Of a stretch of DNA of 64,000 nt, positions 62,190 to 64,000 are shown one piece after another. Each line of letters starts with the position of its first letter. Position 1 is the first letter of the stretch. Source of the DNA: an uncultured Chloroflexia bacterium (GTDB taxonomy: Bacteria; Chloroflexota; Anaerolineae; CG2-30-64-16); the NCBI GenBank assembly GCA_963810095.1, contig CAWEMM010000002.1, positions 96,001-160,000 on the forward strand. The letters run 5' to 3'. The notes below the pieces were generated by a model. It worked only from the letters and a program-made list of their open reading frames with translations. It made no database searches and was not told where the DNA came from. The translations under genes and the position numbers were made by a program.

Positions 62190-64000
62190 TCAGTCGCGCG
62201 TGATGTCGTAGCTATAGGTGGCCTTTTCGGTGGTGACCGGTGCTATTGCCGACACGGCCATGATCACCTCGTCCAGGTCTCCCATGTTCTCGATCTTGAG
62301 CTCGCCAACGCCGTCGGGGCCCACGTTCATCCGCTCGACCGTCAGCGTGCCGTTGCCGATCTCGAGCAACTGCACGAGCCACCGCTGCTGTACCGAGTTG
62401 TCAGTTCGGATCCAGCCCTCCGACGTCCAGCCCGCCTCGCCGCTCTCCACGTCGTCCCGCCAGTTGATTTCGGGGATGCGCAGGTTGTCGATCAGCAGGC
62501 CAGGCTTGTTGACAGCATCGTCGGTGACCATTTCAAAGCGCAGCAGGATTTCCTTACCGGCATACGCGCTCGAGGTCCACGCTCTCGTCGACCCACTCAG
62601 CCTGGTCGCCGCCACCACTGTTGCCCGTCCAGCCGGCGCCAAACGCGTTCCCCACCGGGTTGTCGGTCGTGGTGTGTTTGCCGGGGAGGATTTGCCAGGT
62701 TTTGCCACCATCGGTCGAGGCCTCGACGTAGGCGTAGTCCCAGCCGTCTTCGATCTCGTACCACGCTGAGAACTCCAGCCGGGGCGCGGTCGCAGTCCGC
62801 AGGTCGAGCGGGCGGGTCAGCGTCGAATTGCTTTGATCGCCCCGGTTGGACCACCAGGAGTACGTGCCCTGCGGCGTCGCGTCGACAAGCGGTGCAGCCT
62901 GTTGACCCTCAAAACGGACCGTTAGCGGCTGGCTACCGCTCAGGTGGATGTAATCGACGCCGTATTGGCTCACCTGCGACTTCGCCGACGCGGGATAGCG
63001 GCGATACTCTTCGGCAATCGCCATGGGGAACGGGTCGATTTTCTTGTAACCGTAGCGGCCGCTGGCGTCGGCTTCCGGCGCGTCGACGTAGTTCGCAACC
63101 ACCCAGTCGGCGAAGATGTCGTCGAAGCGTTCGGGCCGGCCGGCCTTCTCGAGCGCGTCGTTGAAGCCCGAGATGCCGTTCTCCGGCGACGCTACCACGG
63201 CCTTGGTAAGATCCTCCCCGAACCGGTCGAGGAAGTAGCGCATGAACAGGTAGGAGGCGCCGTAATGCTCGGTGTTGCCTTGTTCGTTGGGGTCCGACCA
63301 GGTGGTTAGCTGCGTGTCGGGTCGCTGCGCGTATGCGAGGTCGAACCCGCCCACGTCGTAGCCGTTCAGGTCGCTGGCCAATTCCGACATGCCTTCATTG
63401 ACCCATGACGTCTCGTTTCTGTCCTGGGCCCAGTGGATCATGTGCTGGAACTCGTGGGCCAGAGTGCCGTCGTAGAGTGCCGTGTTGGGCGTGGCGTTCC
63501 CCGAGTCGGCTGAGATGTAGAACATCTCACGCTCGTTCGAGTACTCGTTGACCCGTTGTGAGTACTCATCGGAAGAAGAGTAATAGCCCGCAATGGTCTC
63601 GCCGAGCCCACGCGCATGCAGGATGTGCAGGCGAGGATCGCTGTCGACGCCGGGTTTCCATTCACTGCCGAAGAACTCGCGATTCGTCGCGTAGGTTTTC
63701 TCGGTGAACCGGTCGGCCGACGCTTGGAGGTCGCTCTGCTTGTAATTGACACCTTCCTCCACCCAGACGGCGACAACATCGGTCATGTACTTCAATTCGG
63801 CGGTGACGGTCTTGTGTTCCTGCGTGTCGCTGTTCGAGATCCAGAATTTGCGCTTGTCGCCGACCTTGTAGGTGGGCGCGGTATTCGTGACGACCTCGGG
63901 GATATTGCCGGCGCCGGGCTTAAGCTGCATGGCCAGCAGGCGCGGATCGGCCGCCGGCATTTCGCTGTTTTCGAGCATCAGCGTTTCGTCATCCATGGCG
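62190..64000 (-). CDS. secreted zinc metallopeptidase (immune inhibitor A/M6- or M30-like), 5' end outside the window; indel near 62565
   Basis: AHEFQHMIH...WVNEGMSE; C-terminal WYEIEDGWDYAYVEAS..W..LD..YAGKEILLRF domain. Confidence 0.82.

Noticed and set aside
30400-62600. Many split ORFs suggesting pseudogenes or programmed frameshifts
   Set aside because: They hit essential genes (argS, polA, dnaE), often in G/C runs. Motifs resume intact in the next frame, with no nonsense decay. Long-read indel error is the simplest explanation.

Overview
GC-rich bacterial chromosomal backbone, most consistent with Chloroflexota (Anaerolineae/Caldilineae-like). That assignment is inferred from gene content, Pro/Thr-linker lipoproteins and a YLPLV C-terminal tail. 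Housekeeping genes include rnj, a family-4 UDG, rimI-tsaB-tsaE, uvrC, def, argS, polA, dapB, dnaE and tRNA-Arg(CCG). Other genes include larE-larB-larC (no larA), a BMP nucleoside-type ABC operon whose binding protein is a near-identical tandem duplication, an SsuA/NMT1-type binding lipoprotein upstream of an ECF A-A'/T module with no S component, two bactofilins, a MoxR/VWA pair, a beta-CASP nuclease, GH31 and maltokinase genes, and several secreted proteins. Many genes, including essential argS, polA and dnaE, are broken by small indels, which I read as long-read consensus errors rather than pseudogenes. No CRISPR array, prophage, integrase or transposase was found. The best second-look candidates are: the SBP+ECF hybrid with its ~290-nt structured leader, the duplicated BMP protein, a 3x ~170-bp hairpin tandem array and related dispersed hairpins, a REP-like palindrome family, a long AT-rich inverted repeat, a triple-cNMP/double-PH membrane protein coupled to uvrC, and a YLPLV tail hidden by a frameshift. 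All product calls come from recognising motifs by eye; no database searches were run.
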